The notes beneath the pieces were generated by a model. The model searched no databases, was not told where the DNA came from, and saw nothing but the letters and a program-made list of their open reading frames with translations. 64,000 bases of DNA from an uncultured delta proteobacterium (GTDB lineage Bacteria > Myxococcota > Kuafuiibacteriia > Kuafuiibacteriales > Kuafuiibacteriaceae): NCBI GenBank assembly GCA_963803435.1, contig CAWDML010000006.1:160001-224000 (forward strand), in the 5' to 3' direction. A program made the position numbers and the translations under genes. Below are positions 41,545-52,122 of this stretch, piece by piece; the stretch's first letter is position 1; the number at the start of each line of letters is the position of its first letter.

Positions 41545-42791
41545 AGGTCGCGATCGTCGGCGGCGGAGCGGCCGGGCTGGTCACCGCGTGGCTCCTCGAG
41601 AAGACGCACCAGGTGACGCTCTTCGAGAAGAGCGCGTCGGTCGGCGGCCACGCGCAGACGTTCACCGTCGAGCTGGGCGGCCGGGTCCGCTCCGTCGACA
41701 CGGGCGTCCACTTCGTCGCAGAGCGCCTGCAGCCGCTGTTCATCCGGCTGCTCGAGCACCTCGACGTCCCGCTGGCCCCTTACCTGCCGAGCGCGACCTT
41801 CCACGATCGTCGCGACGGCTGGACCGTCTGCCTGCCGCCGATGGGCAACGCGTCGCGCTGGAGCGGGCTCACGAGCCGCCGCAACCTCACCGCGCTCGCC
41901 GCGCTGCGGACCTTGATCGGAGGCGCGGTGCACCTGGTGGAGGCGAGCGACGACTTCGACACCCCGCTCGAAGCCTTCGTCGATCGCCTCGGGATCTCCG
42001 AGACCGCGCGCCACGGCTTCCTCTATCCCTACCTCGCGTCGTATTGGGGCGTCTCACCGTCGGAGGTGTGCACGTACTCGGCCAAGAACGCCCTCTCCTA
42101 TCTGGTGTTGCTTCGCCCGCCGTTGATCCGCCCGCGCCCCATGATCCGGGTGGCGGGCGGGATGCGCGCCTATCTCGACCGCCTCGTCGCGAAGCTCACG
42201 CGGACGGCGTTCGAGCGCGCCGCCTCCGTCGCCGGCGTGGTGCGGCTCGGCGATCGATACGCCATCGAGCTCGCCGGATCGGCGCCCCGCCGCGTCGAAG
42301 GGTTCGATCAGGTGGTGCTGGCGACGAACGCCGCGGAGGCGGCGCGGATCCTGTCGCGGCTCCCCTCCACCGAAGCGGTGCGTGCGGTGCTCGGGCAGGT
42401 CGAGTACTTCGAGACCGTCGTCGCGGTCCACGGCGATCCTTCGTTCATGCCGCGCAATCGGGCACACTGGTCGCTCGTCAACTGCATCTTCGACGGTCAC
42501 CATGCGGCCCTCACCAACCGCGAGGTCGTGAACGGCGACGTCGATCTATTCCGAAGCTGGATCACGCACGCCTCGAGAAGGCCAGAGCCCTGCTACCAGG
42601 AGGTGCGCTTCTTCCACCCCCGGCCGAGCCCGGGCTACTTCCGCGCGCAACGCCTGCTCGAGCCGCATCAGGGGGCGGACAACCTGTGGTTCGCCGGGAT
42701 GTACGTGACGGGCTACGACCACCACGACGGCGCGCTCGCGTCGGCGGTCCGGGTGGCCAAGGGTCTCGGGGGCGCTTCGCCGTTCGGATGA
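41541..42791 (+). CDS. FAD-dependent oxidoreductase (COG2907/amine-oxidase-like)
   Basis: KVAIVGGGAAG, FEK...GGHA, VDTG, H.DPSFMP, WFAG....HDGALASA. Confidence 0.85.
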   Translation: MKVAIVGGGAAGLVTAWLLEKTHQVTLFEKSASVGGHAQTFTVELGGRVRSVDTGVHFVAERLQPLFIRLLEHLDVPLAPYLPSATFHDRRDGWTVCLPPMGNASRWSGLTSRRNLTALAALRTLIGGAVHLVEASDDFDTPLEAFVDRLGISETARHGFLYPYLASYWGVSPSEVCTYSAKNALSYLVLLRPPLIRPRPMIRVAGGMRAYLDRLVAKLTRTAFERAASVAGVVRLGDRYAIELAGSAPRRVEGFDQVVLATNAAEAARILSRLPSTEAVRAVLGQVEYFETVVAVHGDPSFMPRNRAHWSLVNCIFDGHHAALTNREVVNGDVDLFRSWITHASRRPEPCYQEVRFFHPRPSPGYFRAQRLLEPHQGADNLWFAGMYVTGYDHHDGALASAVRVAKGLGGASPFG

Positions 42792-42846
42792 AGTCGCTGG
42801 CGGCCTCTGACGGCCGGTTCGGGAGTTTGTTAGGCTCGCGCCCTCC

Positions 42847-45367
42847 GTGGACGTCGTAGAGAACCTCCTCCTCCTCTACATCGGGGCGCTCCTGATCAAC
42901 GTCGTGCTGTCCGGCCTGCTCTGGCTCGGCCACCGCACGATCCAGTATCGCAGCCTGCTCCTGGTCTGGGCCTCGTCGGTCGTGACGTTCGTGGTTCAGG
43001 GCGTGCTCAGCACCGGAGACGTCGCCATCGCGCTGGGGTTCGCGTCGGTCTTTTTGGTCACGATGTCCATGGCCCAGCTCCTGGCCTCCGTGATCCCGGT
43101 CCGCCCGCCTAGGCGGGTGTACAGCGTGATCATGGGAGGGTGCACCGCCGCGTCCGCCCTCGCGGCCGCGCTATCGGCGCGCTTCGCGGTGGTCGCGCTG
43201 CCCCTCGCGATCGGAGTCGTGGTCCCGATCATTCACACCTCGGTGGTGGTCGTTCACCGTCATTGGGCCAAGCTCAGCACCACCGGCCGCGCGCTGGTGT
43301 TGAGCTGCTTCGTCTACTCGATCCACATCCTGGACTTTCCCTTTCTTCGCGATCGTCCCGAGACCGCCGCCTTCGGCTTCACGGTCGCGCTCCTGATCGT
43401 GTTCGCGCTGTCGATCACCGCGTCCGGCGTGGTCTCCGAGCGCATCGCCGAGGAGCGGGCGCAGATCCAGGAGATCGATCGGGTGAAGACGCAGTTCTTC
43501 GCGAACATCTCCCACGAGCTGCGCACGCCGCTCACGGTGATCCTGGCATCGCTCGAGCAGCTGCTCCTCAGCTCGCAGTTCACGACGGAGGACCGGCGAC
43601 AGATTGAGGTGGTCCGACGCAACGCCGTGCGGCTCCTGCGCCTGATCGACGAGATGCTCGACCTGTCGAAGATCGACGCCGGCGGGCTCCGGCTCAACAT
43701 CACGCCCTTCTCGCTCCGGAGCCTGGCCAGCAACATCGCCGAGAACAACCAGCCCCTGGCCGAGTCGCGGAAGATCGAGCTGGTCTTCGATCGAGGCGGC
43801 ACCGACGAGATCGAGGATCTGCATGGGGATCCGCATCGGCTGGAGATCATTCTCGCCAACCTCCTCGGCAACGCGCTCAAGTACACACCCAAGGGCGGAC
43901 GCGTCCGGGTCGCGGTCGTCGACGATCCGCTGGGCGCGGCGGTCCAGGTCGAGGACAACGGGCCGGGCATCCCGGCCGCCGACCTCCCGCGGGTCTTCGA
44001 GCGCTTCTACCAGGTGAACCAGAAGGAGCGGCGCCAGGGCGGGGTCGGCATCGGCCTGGCGCTGGCCAAGGACCTCGCCGAGATGCACGGAGGCCGGTTG
44101 ACCGTCGCCAGCGACCTCGGAAGAGGGTCGACATTCACGCTCTGGCTCCCCAAGGGCAAGGACCACTTCCGCCCCGAGGTGATCGAACGCCGCGCGGCCT
44201 TCACGCCGTTCGCCGAGAACCGCGGCAACCACGCCGAGGAGACCTCAGCCGAGATCCGCGCCCCCGTGACCGCCGTGCTGGAAGACAGCGGTACGTCGGA
44301 TCTCACGGTCGGCGGGCGGCGCGCCCGGCTGCTGGTGGTGGAGGATCAGGACGAGCTTCGCGCCTTCATGGTGAAGATCTTCTCGGCGTCGTTCGAGGTG
44401 CTCGACGCCGCCGACGGCGACGAGGGCTGGGAGGTCATCCAGAAGGAGAAGCCGGATCTGGTGGTCTCCGACGTCATGATGCCGCATCGGCTGGGCACCG
44501 AGCTGTGTCGAGCGATCAAGTCCGATCCCGTGCTTCGCTCCACCCCGGTGATCCTGTTGACGGCGCGCGTCGGCTCCGAGGCGACGCTCGAAGCCTACGC
44601 GCACGGCGCCAACGACTTCGTGGCCAAGCCCTTCCATCCGCAGGTGCTGCTGGCGCGGGTGCGCGCGCAGCTCCAGATCCGGTCGCTCAGCTTTCAGCTG
44701 GCCTCGCAGGAGAAGCTGGCGGCGATCGGTACGCTCGCCGCCGGTGTGGCCCACGAGGTCCGCAACCCGCTGAACTTCATCCTGAACGCCACCAACGTCT
44801 TGCTCGAGGATCCGGATCCCGACACCGCGCGCGAGCTCCTCGAGGTGGTCGCGGACGGCGCCAAGCGCATCGATGGGATCGTCTCAGCGCTCAACATCCA
44901 CGCCCGGCCGACCGACCAGGGGATGGCGCCCGCCGTCTGCGATCTCCGGGAAGGGCTGGAGGCGACCCTCCGCCTGCTCTCGCACCGGATGAAGCAGGTC
45001 GAGCTCATCCGCGAGTACGAGACCGAACAGCGGGCCTGGGCGCCCCCCGGACCGATCAACCAGATCCTGATGAACCTGCTGGACAACGCCGTGCGATCGG
45101 GCGCTTCCAAGCTGTGGCTGCGGGTGATCGCGAACGGGGACCGGATCCGGGTGCGGATCGCCGACAACGGCCCGGGCGTGCCCGACGATGTCGCCGAGCG
45201 GATCTCTCGATCCGTTCTTCACGACGCGCCCGCCGGGCGAGGGTACGGGCCTCGGGCTCTATCTTTCCCGCAAGATGGCCCAGGACTGCGGCGGGTCCCT
45301 CACCCTCAAGCGCCGGGATGCAGGGGGCGCCGAGTTCCAGCTCGAGCTGCCCCAGCCGGCCGCGTGA
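42847..45367 (+). CDS. Multi-TM hybrid histidine kinase HK-REC-HK; +1 frameshift near 45205
   Basis: About seven TMs, SHELRTP, DVMMP, AHEVRNP; removing one base restores [19 protein letters not shown] ending at TGA 45365-45367. Confidence 0.88.
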
Positions 45368-45376
45368 AGATCGGCC

Positions 45377-45402
45377 TCAAGTCCGGCGCAGATGTGCCGA
45401 AG
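45377..45402 (+). promoter_or_regulatory. Putative sigma28 (FliA/WhiG)-type promoter
   Basis: TCAAG-N14-GCCGAAG upstream of the P450. Confidence 0.45.
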
Positions 45403-45446
45403 GACCCGGATGTGGGTGGTTTTCGCCTAACCGGAGGAGAGTGAGC

Positions 45447-46928
45447 ATGGCCAAGTCGATCCCAACCCCGAAGGGCAACTGGCTTCTCGGCAGCCTGATG
45501 GAGCTCCAGAAGGATCCCCTGGGTCTGTTCGAGCGGTCGACCGCGGCGCACGGGGACGTGGTCCGGATCCGGTTCGCCTCCGCGAACGCCGTGCTCGTCA
45601 ACCACCCCGACAACGTCGAGCACGTGCTGACCACGAACGCGTCCAATTACGTCCGCGACGGCGCGTTCCAGAAGGCGGGCCGACTGATCCTCGGCGACTC
45701 CCTGGTCGTGAGCGAGGGTGACTTCTGGAAGAAGCACCGGCGGATCATCAACCCGATCTTCCAGCGGCAGCAGATCGACCAGTTCGCGGAGACGATGACC
45801 GACGCCACCGAGCGCCTGGAGGCGCGCTGGGGCGAGTCCCTCGGCGAGGGACGGGCGGTCGATCTCGCGGCGGAGATGTCGCGCCTCACCATCGACATCG
45901 TGGGCCACGCGCTCTTCGGCGCCGACATCGAAGGCAACACCGACGACATCATGGCGGCCGAAGACTCGGCGGCGAAGGACGTCTTCACCAAGGTTCGCAT
46001 GCCGTTCCAGGCGCCCGCGTTCCTCCCCACGCCGGCCAACCGCCGCTTGCGGAAGGCGCGCCGCACCGTCGAGGGCGTGCTGAAGACGGTCATCGAGAAG
46101 GTGCGCCGGACGCCCGACTCGAAGACGCTCACCGCCATGCTGGTCAACGCCCGCGACACCGAGACCGGCGACGGCCTCGGCGAGAGGCACGTCTTCGATC
46201 AGCTGACCGGATTCGTCCTGGCCGGACACGAGACCAGCGCCAACGCGCTGACCTGGACGCTGTACTTCCTGGCGCAGCATCCCGAGATCGAGCGGCGGCT
46301 GCTCGACGAGTACGACGCGGTGCTCGGCGATCGACCGCCGACGGTCGAGGACGTGCCGCGCCTCGTCGAGACCCGCAACGTGCTGAACGAGTCGATGCGG
46401 CTGCGACCTCCCGCCTGGCTGATCCCGCGGAACGCGGTCGCCGGCGACGAGATCGGCGGCTACACGATCCCGGGCGGACAGCTCATCTGGGTCAGCCCCT
46501 GGATCCTCCACCGGCACCCCGCGATCTGGAGCGATCCGACCACGTTCGATCCCGATCGGTTCCTCCCCGAGGCCTCCAAGAACCGCCACCGGTGCGCCTT
46601 CATCCCGTTCGGCCTGGGACAGAAGATGTGCGTCGGCTCCGGCTTCGCCATGCTGGAGATGCAGCTGGCGCTGCCCCGGCTGGTGCGCGGCTTCCGCTAT
46701 CGGCTCCCCGAGGGCGCCGAGCCGATCCCGGAGCCGTACGTCACGCTCCGGCCGCGCGGCGGTATGCCGATGATCGTCGAGGTGCGGAAGCGGGCCAGCG
46801 CGCCCAAGCGCTCGTCCTCCTCCTCCTCCGCGCGGATCCCGACGCCCGCCGGCGGCTACCTGGAGGCGGCCGGTCACGCGGCCGCCCTGACCGGCTCCGG
46901 GTGCCCGTTCCATCCGAAGCCCTCCTGA
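45447..46928 (+). CDS. Cytochrome P450
   Basis: SD GGAGG; AGHETS, ESMR, FDPDRF, PFGLGQKMCVG. Confidence 0.95.
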   Translation: MAKSIPTPKGNWLLGSLMELQKDPLGLFERSTAAHGDVVRIRFASANAVLVNHPDNVEHVLTTNASNYVRDGAFQKAGRLILGDSLVVSEGDFWKKHRRIINPIFQRQQIDQFAETMTDATERLEARWGESLGEGRAVDLAAEMSRLTIDIVGHALFGADIEGNTDDIMAAEDSAAKDVFTKVRMPFQAPAFLPTPANRRLRKARRTVEGVLKTVIEKVRRTPDSKTLTAMLVNARDTETGDGLGERHVFDQLTGFVLAGHETSANALTWTLYFLAQHPEIERRLLDEYDAVLGDRPPTVEDVPRLVETRNVLNESMRLRPPAWLIPRNAVAGDEIGGYTIPGGQLIWVSPWILHRHPAIWSDPTTFDPDRFLPEASKNRHRCAFIPFGLGQKMCVGSGFAMLEMQLALPRLVRGFRYRLPEGAEPIPEPYVTLRPRGGMPMIVEVRKRASAPKRSSSSSSARIPTPAGGYLEAAGHAAALTGSGCPFHPKPS

Positions 46929-47007
46929 GAGGTGTGGCGGCGCGTTCTCGGGTGCGCAGCGGCCGATTCTCGAGCTCGCACGCGGGCGCGTACAATGGAG
47001 CGCTCCG

Positions 47008-49923
47008 GTGTCGAGCTCCACCATCCCGCCGCATGGACGCGCGGCCTCCCAGCAGCCGGCGGCCGAAGCCTGCGCGGAGGTCCATGCCCCGGTCCCGGTC
47101 GAGCGCTCCACACCGCACCCCAAGGTCGCGGCGCTCGAGCGCGTGGTGGAGAAGGTGGGCGCGCGCGCGCCCCCGGAGCCGCCCGGGATCATCGGCTACC
47201 TCTCCGAGGTGGTGGGGCGAGACTTCCTCGACTACGCCCCGCCCGAGATGAAGGCGTTCACGCTGGCCGCCATCAAGGATGCGCGGCTCGGGAAGTGGAA
47301 GAAGATGCGCGCGCTGAGCGCGCTGCTGACGCCGGGCAACCCGCTCAGCAAGGCGGCGTGGAAGCGCGCGCTGGCCGAGGCGCTCGGACACCTCACCTAC
47401 GAGGTGCCTCCGCTCTCGACCGGTGAGCTGGCCTCGCTGCGCACTCTGCTCGAAGGCCCGGTGGCCGACGTCATCCGGGCGCAGGCGGCCGGGGGAAAGC
47501 AGGCGCCGCACGATCTGAAGTCGCTCGACGAGCTCCTCTCCTCGAAGGCGCTCCGGGCCCGGCTGCTCGAGCTTCACCCGGTGAAGGAAGACGTCGAGGC
47601 GGCGATCAAGGTCGCCCGCGCCGTCGTCGATCAGCTGAGCGAGCACTTCGAGGCCTTCGCGATCGATCGGCAGGTCCTCGAGCAGGTCACCGACGCCTCC
47701 GGCCGTCTCGACAGCGCGAAGCTCGATCGCTTTCCACCGATCGTCCGCGTGCTCCTGGAGGATCCGCAGTGCGGCGCCCGTACGATCTCGGCGGTGCGTA
47801 AGGGTGCCGTGGTCACCACGCAGCTGCTCAGGAAGACGCCCGAGAAGGTGATCGCCGACCTCAACAAGTTCTCTGCGACGCTCGCCGGCGGCGGCTCGCT
47901 CTGGGTGGACGAGTACGTCCGCACCGGCCGGAAGCTCCGCATCACCCGCGGAGACGTGGAGCGAAAGCGCCTCGAGCTGGAGAAGACGGTCGGACGCGTG
48001 GAGGCGGCGATCGAGAAGTGCCGCGACCGACTGCTCGAGTCGAAGAAGGTCGAGCCCGCGCAGAAGCAGGCCCTGACGCAGGCGATCGCGATCGCGGATC
48101 CCGAGGCCCGCGCCCGCGCCCTCGACACGCTCGTCCCGACGCTCGATGGGGCCGCCAAGGGCGAGGCGATCCGCTTCGCGCGCCTCACGCGAAACCTCGA
48201 GGTCGTTCGTGCCACCGATCCCAAGGCCGTCCTGGAGGAGATCCAGGGCCAGCTCTCGCGCTTCGAGGCGTTCCGTAAGGAGGCCGTCCGGATCTCGGTC
48301 GGCGGCGCCGGCAGCGCCGAGCAGCACGGGCTCGCCGGCGCCATCCAGCGATCGCGAAGCTTGGGGCGTTACGGCCACGAGACGCTGGTCGAGACCGTCA
48401 GCCACGACTACGCGAACGAGGCCACCGAGTCGGCCCGCAAGATCATCTACGGCGTGGGCGGGATGGCCGTCGCCGGCGTGGGCGCGCACGAGCTCTTCGG
48501 CGACGGCGTCATGCACACGCTCATCTCGATCTTCGAGGATGTCGCGACCGATGTCGGCGAGGTCTCCTCGATGACGAGCCAGGGCGTGCCGCTCGGCGAC
48601 ATCGTGCGCGGCGGGCGCGTGCTCGGCCAGCTGCTCACGCTCGGCGGCGCCACCTTTGCGGCGAGCCAGGCCCATCACTTCATCGCGGCGGGCGCGTCGG
48701 GCGCGACGGCCGCTGGTACCTTCGGGGGCTTCCTGCTCGGCGTCGGCTCTTGCGCGTTGACCTGCTACACCAGCGTCTATAGCTACAACCTGTTTCGCAG
48801 GGTGTTTCGCGATCTCGCGCTCGAAGGAAAGTTCGATCTCGCGAGCACGCGCGCGATCCGGAAGGCCCTCCCCGATGAGGCGCGGTCCGCGCTGGAGGCG
48901 GCCGAGCACCAGCTCGGGCGCCTGCCCACGCCGGACGAGCTCGTCGGTCGCCTGAAGGACGTCTCCGAGGGGCGCGCCGCCGAGCTCGGTGACCGGTACG
49001 CGAAGCTGCTCCTCGAGCACGGAGAGGACGCGATGGTCGACGAGGCGAGGCGCTGCCTCCCCCGCGTCGCCGAACAGGCTGGCATGCCGGAGCTCGTCGA
49101 GGATCTCGAGAGCGCGTTCGATCGCGTGCGCTCGGAGTACCAGGGCCTCCCGGATGGTGACAGCCTGGCCCGGGCGCTCGCCGAGCTGCGGACCGATCTA
49201 CCGGAGTCGGTGCTCTCCGCGGTCCGCGAGACGCAGCAGGACGCGATCAGGCTGGTCGCGCACGGGGTCGATCAGAAGGCCGTGCTGCACGAGCTCGCGG
49301 TCAACCTGGCGCACACGCTCACCGAGACGGTGAAGCACAAGGGTCACTCGGTCGACGAGTCTGCGGTGCTCGCCCTGCTCGCCCAGCGCCTCTCGGCCCT
49401 CGAGACGTCGTTCGACCTCGGCTCCGCGCAGCTCGTCGGTCTGATCGACGGGTGCATGCGCGACGTCGTCGAGCTGGCGGCTGAGCGGGATCCGCAGGCG
49501 CGCGCGCTGCTGAGCGAGATCAGCACCTGGCGCGCCACCCTCCAGACCCACGCGAAGGATCTCGATCGCGAGATCGAGCAGAAGGTCCGGACCGAGATCC
49601 GGGATTTCGGTCGCCGCGCTGGAAGGGATCAAACGATCGCCAATCCCGTCCGCGCCATGCTGATCCTCGGGATCGCGGTGTGCGTCGTCTCGCTCACCAC
49701 GGTCGGCGCCCTCCTGCCCGCGTTCCTGCTCGGCAAGGTGGGCGCCGGCGTGCTGGCGACGCTCGCCTCCTCGGAGAGCCTCGTCGCGACCTTCGGCCTC
49801 GCGTCGCGCAAGCACGTCCACCAGAAGGCGCTCCGCCAGCTGGGCGAGGCGATCGCCGGCGATGTTCGACGGGAGCGGCTCGGTCCCGAGCTGGGAGAAG
49901 GCGCCCCCGCCGGGGCGCACTGA
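47008..49923 (+). CDS. Large hypothetical helical protein with central and C-terminal hydrophobic segments
   Basis: 971-aa ORF with typical GC3 bias; no recognisable motif. Confidence 0.7.
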   Translation: MSSSTIPPHGRAASQQPAAEACAEVHAPVPVERSTPHPKVAALERVVEKVGARAPPEPPGIIGYLSEVVGRDFLDYAPPEMKAFTLAAIKDARLGKWKKMRALSALLTPGNPLSKAAWKRALAEALGHLTYEVPPLSTGELASLRTLLEGPVADVIRAQAAGGKQAPHDLKSLDELLSSKALRARLLELHPVKEDVEAAIKVARAVVDQLSEHFEAFAIDRQVLEQVTDASGRLDSAKLDRFPPIVRVLLEDPQCGARTISAVRKGAVVTTQLLRKTPEKVIADLNKFSATLAGGGSLWVDEYVRTGRKLRITRGDVERKRLELEKTVGRVEAAIEKCRDRLLESKKVEPAQKQALTQAIAIADPEARARALDTLVPTLDGAAKGEAIRFARLTRNLEVVRATDPKAVLEEIQGQLSRFEAFRKEAVRISVGGAGSAEQHGLAGAIQRSRSLGRYGHETLVETVSHDYANEATESARKIIYGVGGMAVAGVGAHELFGDGVMHTLISIFEDVATDVGEVSSMTSQGVPLGDIVRGGRVLGQLLTLGGATFAASQAHHFIAAGASGATAAGTFGGFLLGVGSCALTCYTSVYSYNLFRRVFRDLALEGKFDLASTRAIRKALPDEARSALEAAEHQLGRLPTPDELVGRLKDVSEGRAAELGDRYAKLLLEHGEDAMVDEARRCLPRVAEQAGMPELVEDLESAFDRVRSEYQGLPDGDSLARALAELRTDLPESVLSAVRETQQDAIRLVAHGVDQKAVLHELAVNLAHTLTETVKHKGHSVDESAVLALLAQRLSALETSFDLGSAQLVGLIDGCMRDVVELAAERDPQARALLSEISTWRATLQTHAKDLDREIEQKVRTEIRDFGRRAGRDQTIANPVRAMLILGIAVCVVSLTTVGALLPAFLLGKVGAGVLATLASSESLVATFGLASRKHVHQKALRQLGEAIAGDVRRERLGPELGEGAPAGAH

Positions 49924-49934
49924 AGGCGTCACCG

Positions 49935-50292
49935 TCAGTGCAGGATGCGGATCTCGGGCGCGCGCACCTCTACCATCACCGAGATCCGGAACCGGCACGC
50001 GACGTCGTATTCGAGGTAGCCGTTGCCGTTGATCATCCGAACGTCCGCCGTGTGAACCGGCTCCACCTCGAACGCGCTGCCCGCGATGCGGCGACCCCCC
50101 GCCACGTGGGTGGTCTCCTCGCCGACGCGAAGGTGGATCCAATCGGATCTCCCCGGCGTCGAGCCCGACGGCGGCGGAGAAGACTCCGGGGCCCTGTCCC
50201 GTCGGGAACGCGCGCGTCTGGTACGCCCGCTGAGTTCTTAGGTCATCGACCGCAATCGTGACGCGCACGTCACGAGTGTTGATCTTCCGCAT
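49935..50292 (-). CDS. Small beta-rich hypothetical protein (about 118 aa); +1 frameshift near 50145
   Basis: MRKINTRDVRV...AGEI joins DWIHLRVGEE...EIRILH* after removing one C; sigma54 motif upstream. Confidence 0.55.
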
Positions 50293-50306
50293 GGACGCAA
50301 TGACTC

Positions 50307-50321
50307 GCACGAAGGGTGCCA
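50307..50321 (-). promoter_or_regulatory. Putative sigma54 promoter
   Basis: TGGCAC-CCTTC-GTGC (GG-N10-GC). Confidence 0.55.
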
Positions 50322-50394
50322 GTAATTCGCAACCCAACTTGCAGATGTGCTCGTGCGCGCTCGCGTCCCATCGGGACGCGTTTCCCGCGGGGCA

Positions 50395-52098
50395 TCAGGT
50401 CCGGCGCTTCTGGATCTCGGTGTCGAGCAGGCCGTCCATGCAGCGGTTTACACCCCCGCCGAAGGTGCGCTGTAGAAAGTTGCCACGGCGGTTCTGTTCG
50501 GCCTGCAGGGCCTGGAGCACGCGTGTGTCGTCGAAGGGAACCAGCTGCTCGACGTACCACCGGCGCACGCCGCAGTGGCGGTTCGATTGCTTCTTGAGAT
50601 CCTCGATCAGGACCGCGACCGGATCGGCGAGCTTCGACACGGCGTCGAGGCGGACCACTCCGGCGTAGGCGCGGCGACGCAGGCTCGCGGTCCCTGCGCC
50701 GGACTCGAAGACCTGCACCAGCGTGCCGACCGTCGAGGGCCCACCGGTCGACGCCATGGTCTCGACCAGATCCTGAGCGTTCTTCGGCTTCGAGCGCAGG
50801 AGCGCGATCACGTTCGCCTGGAAGCGCGGGTCGAGCTCGAGGTCGCGATCGGCGAGCGCCCGCTGGTACGCCTCGGTCCCCGCCTTGACGTCGCCCTTGG
50901 CGAACGCCAGGTGCCCCTCGTACAGCGGAATCCGCGGATCGTTCGAGGCGCTGCTCTCGAGCGCTTGGACCAGGGCCTCGACCCGGGTCAGGTCGCCGGC
51001 GTCGAGGGCGGCGTCGACGTCGCCGGTCGAGGGGCCGCCGGTCGAGAGCGTCACCGCCAGGATCACTCCGGCCAGGACCAGCGCGGCACCGGCGGCCACT
51101 GCGGGACGAACCGCGCGCAGGCGGCTCCGCAGGTTCGACCGGCGCGTCGGGTTCGAGCCGGTCCGGGTGATCGAGGCGAAGCGGGCCTCGGCGCGGCGCT
51201 GGTGGGTCTTCTCGATGACCGCCTCGTCGGCGCCCACCAGGCAGGCGAGGAGCGCCTCGCGAAAGCTGCCCGCGTCCTGGAAGCGCTCCTTCGGCGACTT
51301 CGCCATCGCGCGCTGGACCACAGCATCGAGCGCCCGAAGCTGGCCCAGATCGACGCCCTCGAGCTCGAGCGGGGGCGCGGGTGAGGTCAGATGCATGCGC
51401 AGCACGTCGACGGTGCTGGCGCCGGCGAACGGGGGCCGGCCGCTCAAGAGCTCGAACAACATCACGCCGGCCGAGTAGAGATCAGCGCGCCGGTCGGTCG
51501 GCTCTCCGGACGCCTGTTCGGGCGACATGTATCGCGGCGTACCGAACACGGCACCCGCGGTGGTGAGCTGCTTGCCGCCGTCGAGCTGGGTCTCGGTGAT
51601 CTTGGCCAGCCCGAAGTCGAGCAGCTTCACCTGATGGTGGCCGTCCTTCTCCACCAACATCACGTTGTCGGGCTTGAGATCGCGGTGGATGACCCCGTGC
51701 TCGTGCGCGTGCGCGAGCGCCTCCAGGATCTGGTCGACCAGCAGGATCGCCTCGTTCGGCTCCAGCTTCCCCCGATTCTGGAGCCGCCCGGTGAGCGGCT
51801 GGCCGTCGAGCAGCTCCATGACCAGGAAGAGCGCGCCGGTCTCGGTCTTCCCGAAGTCGGTGACCCGGACGATGTGGTGATGGTCGAGGCGCGCCGCGGA
51901 CTTCGCCTCCCGCTCGAACCGCTCCGCCACCTCCGCGATGCCCGACAGCTCCGGCCGGAGGAGCTTCATCGCCATCTCCTTCGCCATCATCGTGTGCTCG
52001 ACACGATAGACCGCGCCCATCCCACCGGCGCCGATCTCGCCGAGCACGCGATAACGCTCGGCGACGGTGTCACCCGGGCGAGGAGCGGCTCCGCTCAC
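50395..52098 (-). CDS. Membrane Ser/Thr protein kinase with TPR-like extracytoplasmic domain
   Basis: GAGGMGAV, AMK, HRDLKPDN, DFG, GTPRYMSPE, one TM. Confidence 0.93.
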   Translation of the reverse strand: MSGAAPRPGDTVAERYRVLGEIGAGGMGAVYRVEHTMMAKEMAMKLLRPELSGIAEVAERFEREAKSAARLDHHHIVRVTDFGKTETGALFLVMELLDGQPLTGRLQNRGKLEPNEAILLVDQILEALAHAHEHGVIHRDLKPDNVMLVEKDGHHQVKLLDFGLAKITETQLDGGKQLTTAGAVFGTPRYMSPEQASGEPTDRRADLYSAGVMLFELLSGRPPFAGASTVDVLRMHLTSPAPPLELEGVDLGQLRALDAVVQRAMAKSPKERFQDAGSFREALLACLVGADEAVIEKTHQRRAEARFASITRTGSNPTRRSNLRSRLRAVRPAVAAGAALVLAGVILAVTLSTGGPSTGDVDAALDAGDLTRVEALVQALESSASNDPRIPLYEGHLAFAKGDVKAGTEAYQRALADRDLELDPRFQANVIALLRSKPKNAQDLVETMASTGGPSTVGTLVQVFESGAGTASLRRRAYAGVVRLDAVSKLADPVAVLIEDLKKQSNRHCGVRRWYVEQLVPFDDTRVLQALQAEQNRRGNFLQRTFGGGVNRCMDGLLDTEIQKRRT

Positions 52099-52122
52099 GG
52101 TCCCGAAGCGTAGCCGAAGGTC

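Noticed and set aside
50362-50383. Hairpin CGCGTCCC-ATC-GGGACGCG as an intrinsic terminator
   Set aside because: The short T-run is on the wrong strand for the adjacent minus-strand kinase; function is unsupported.
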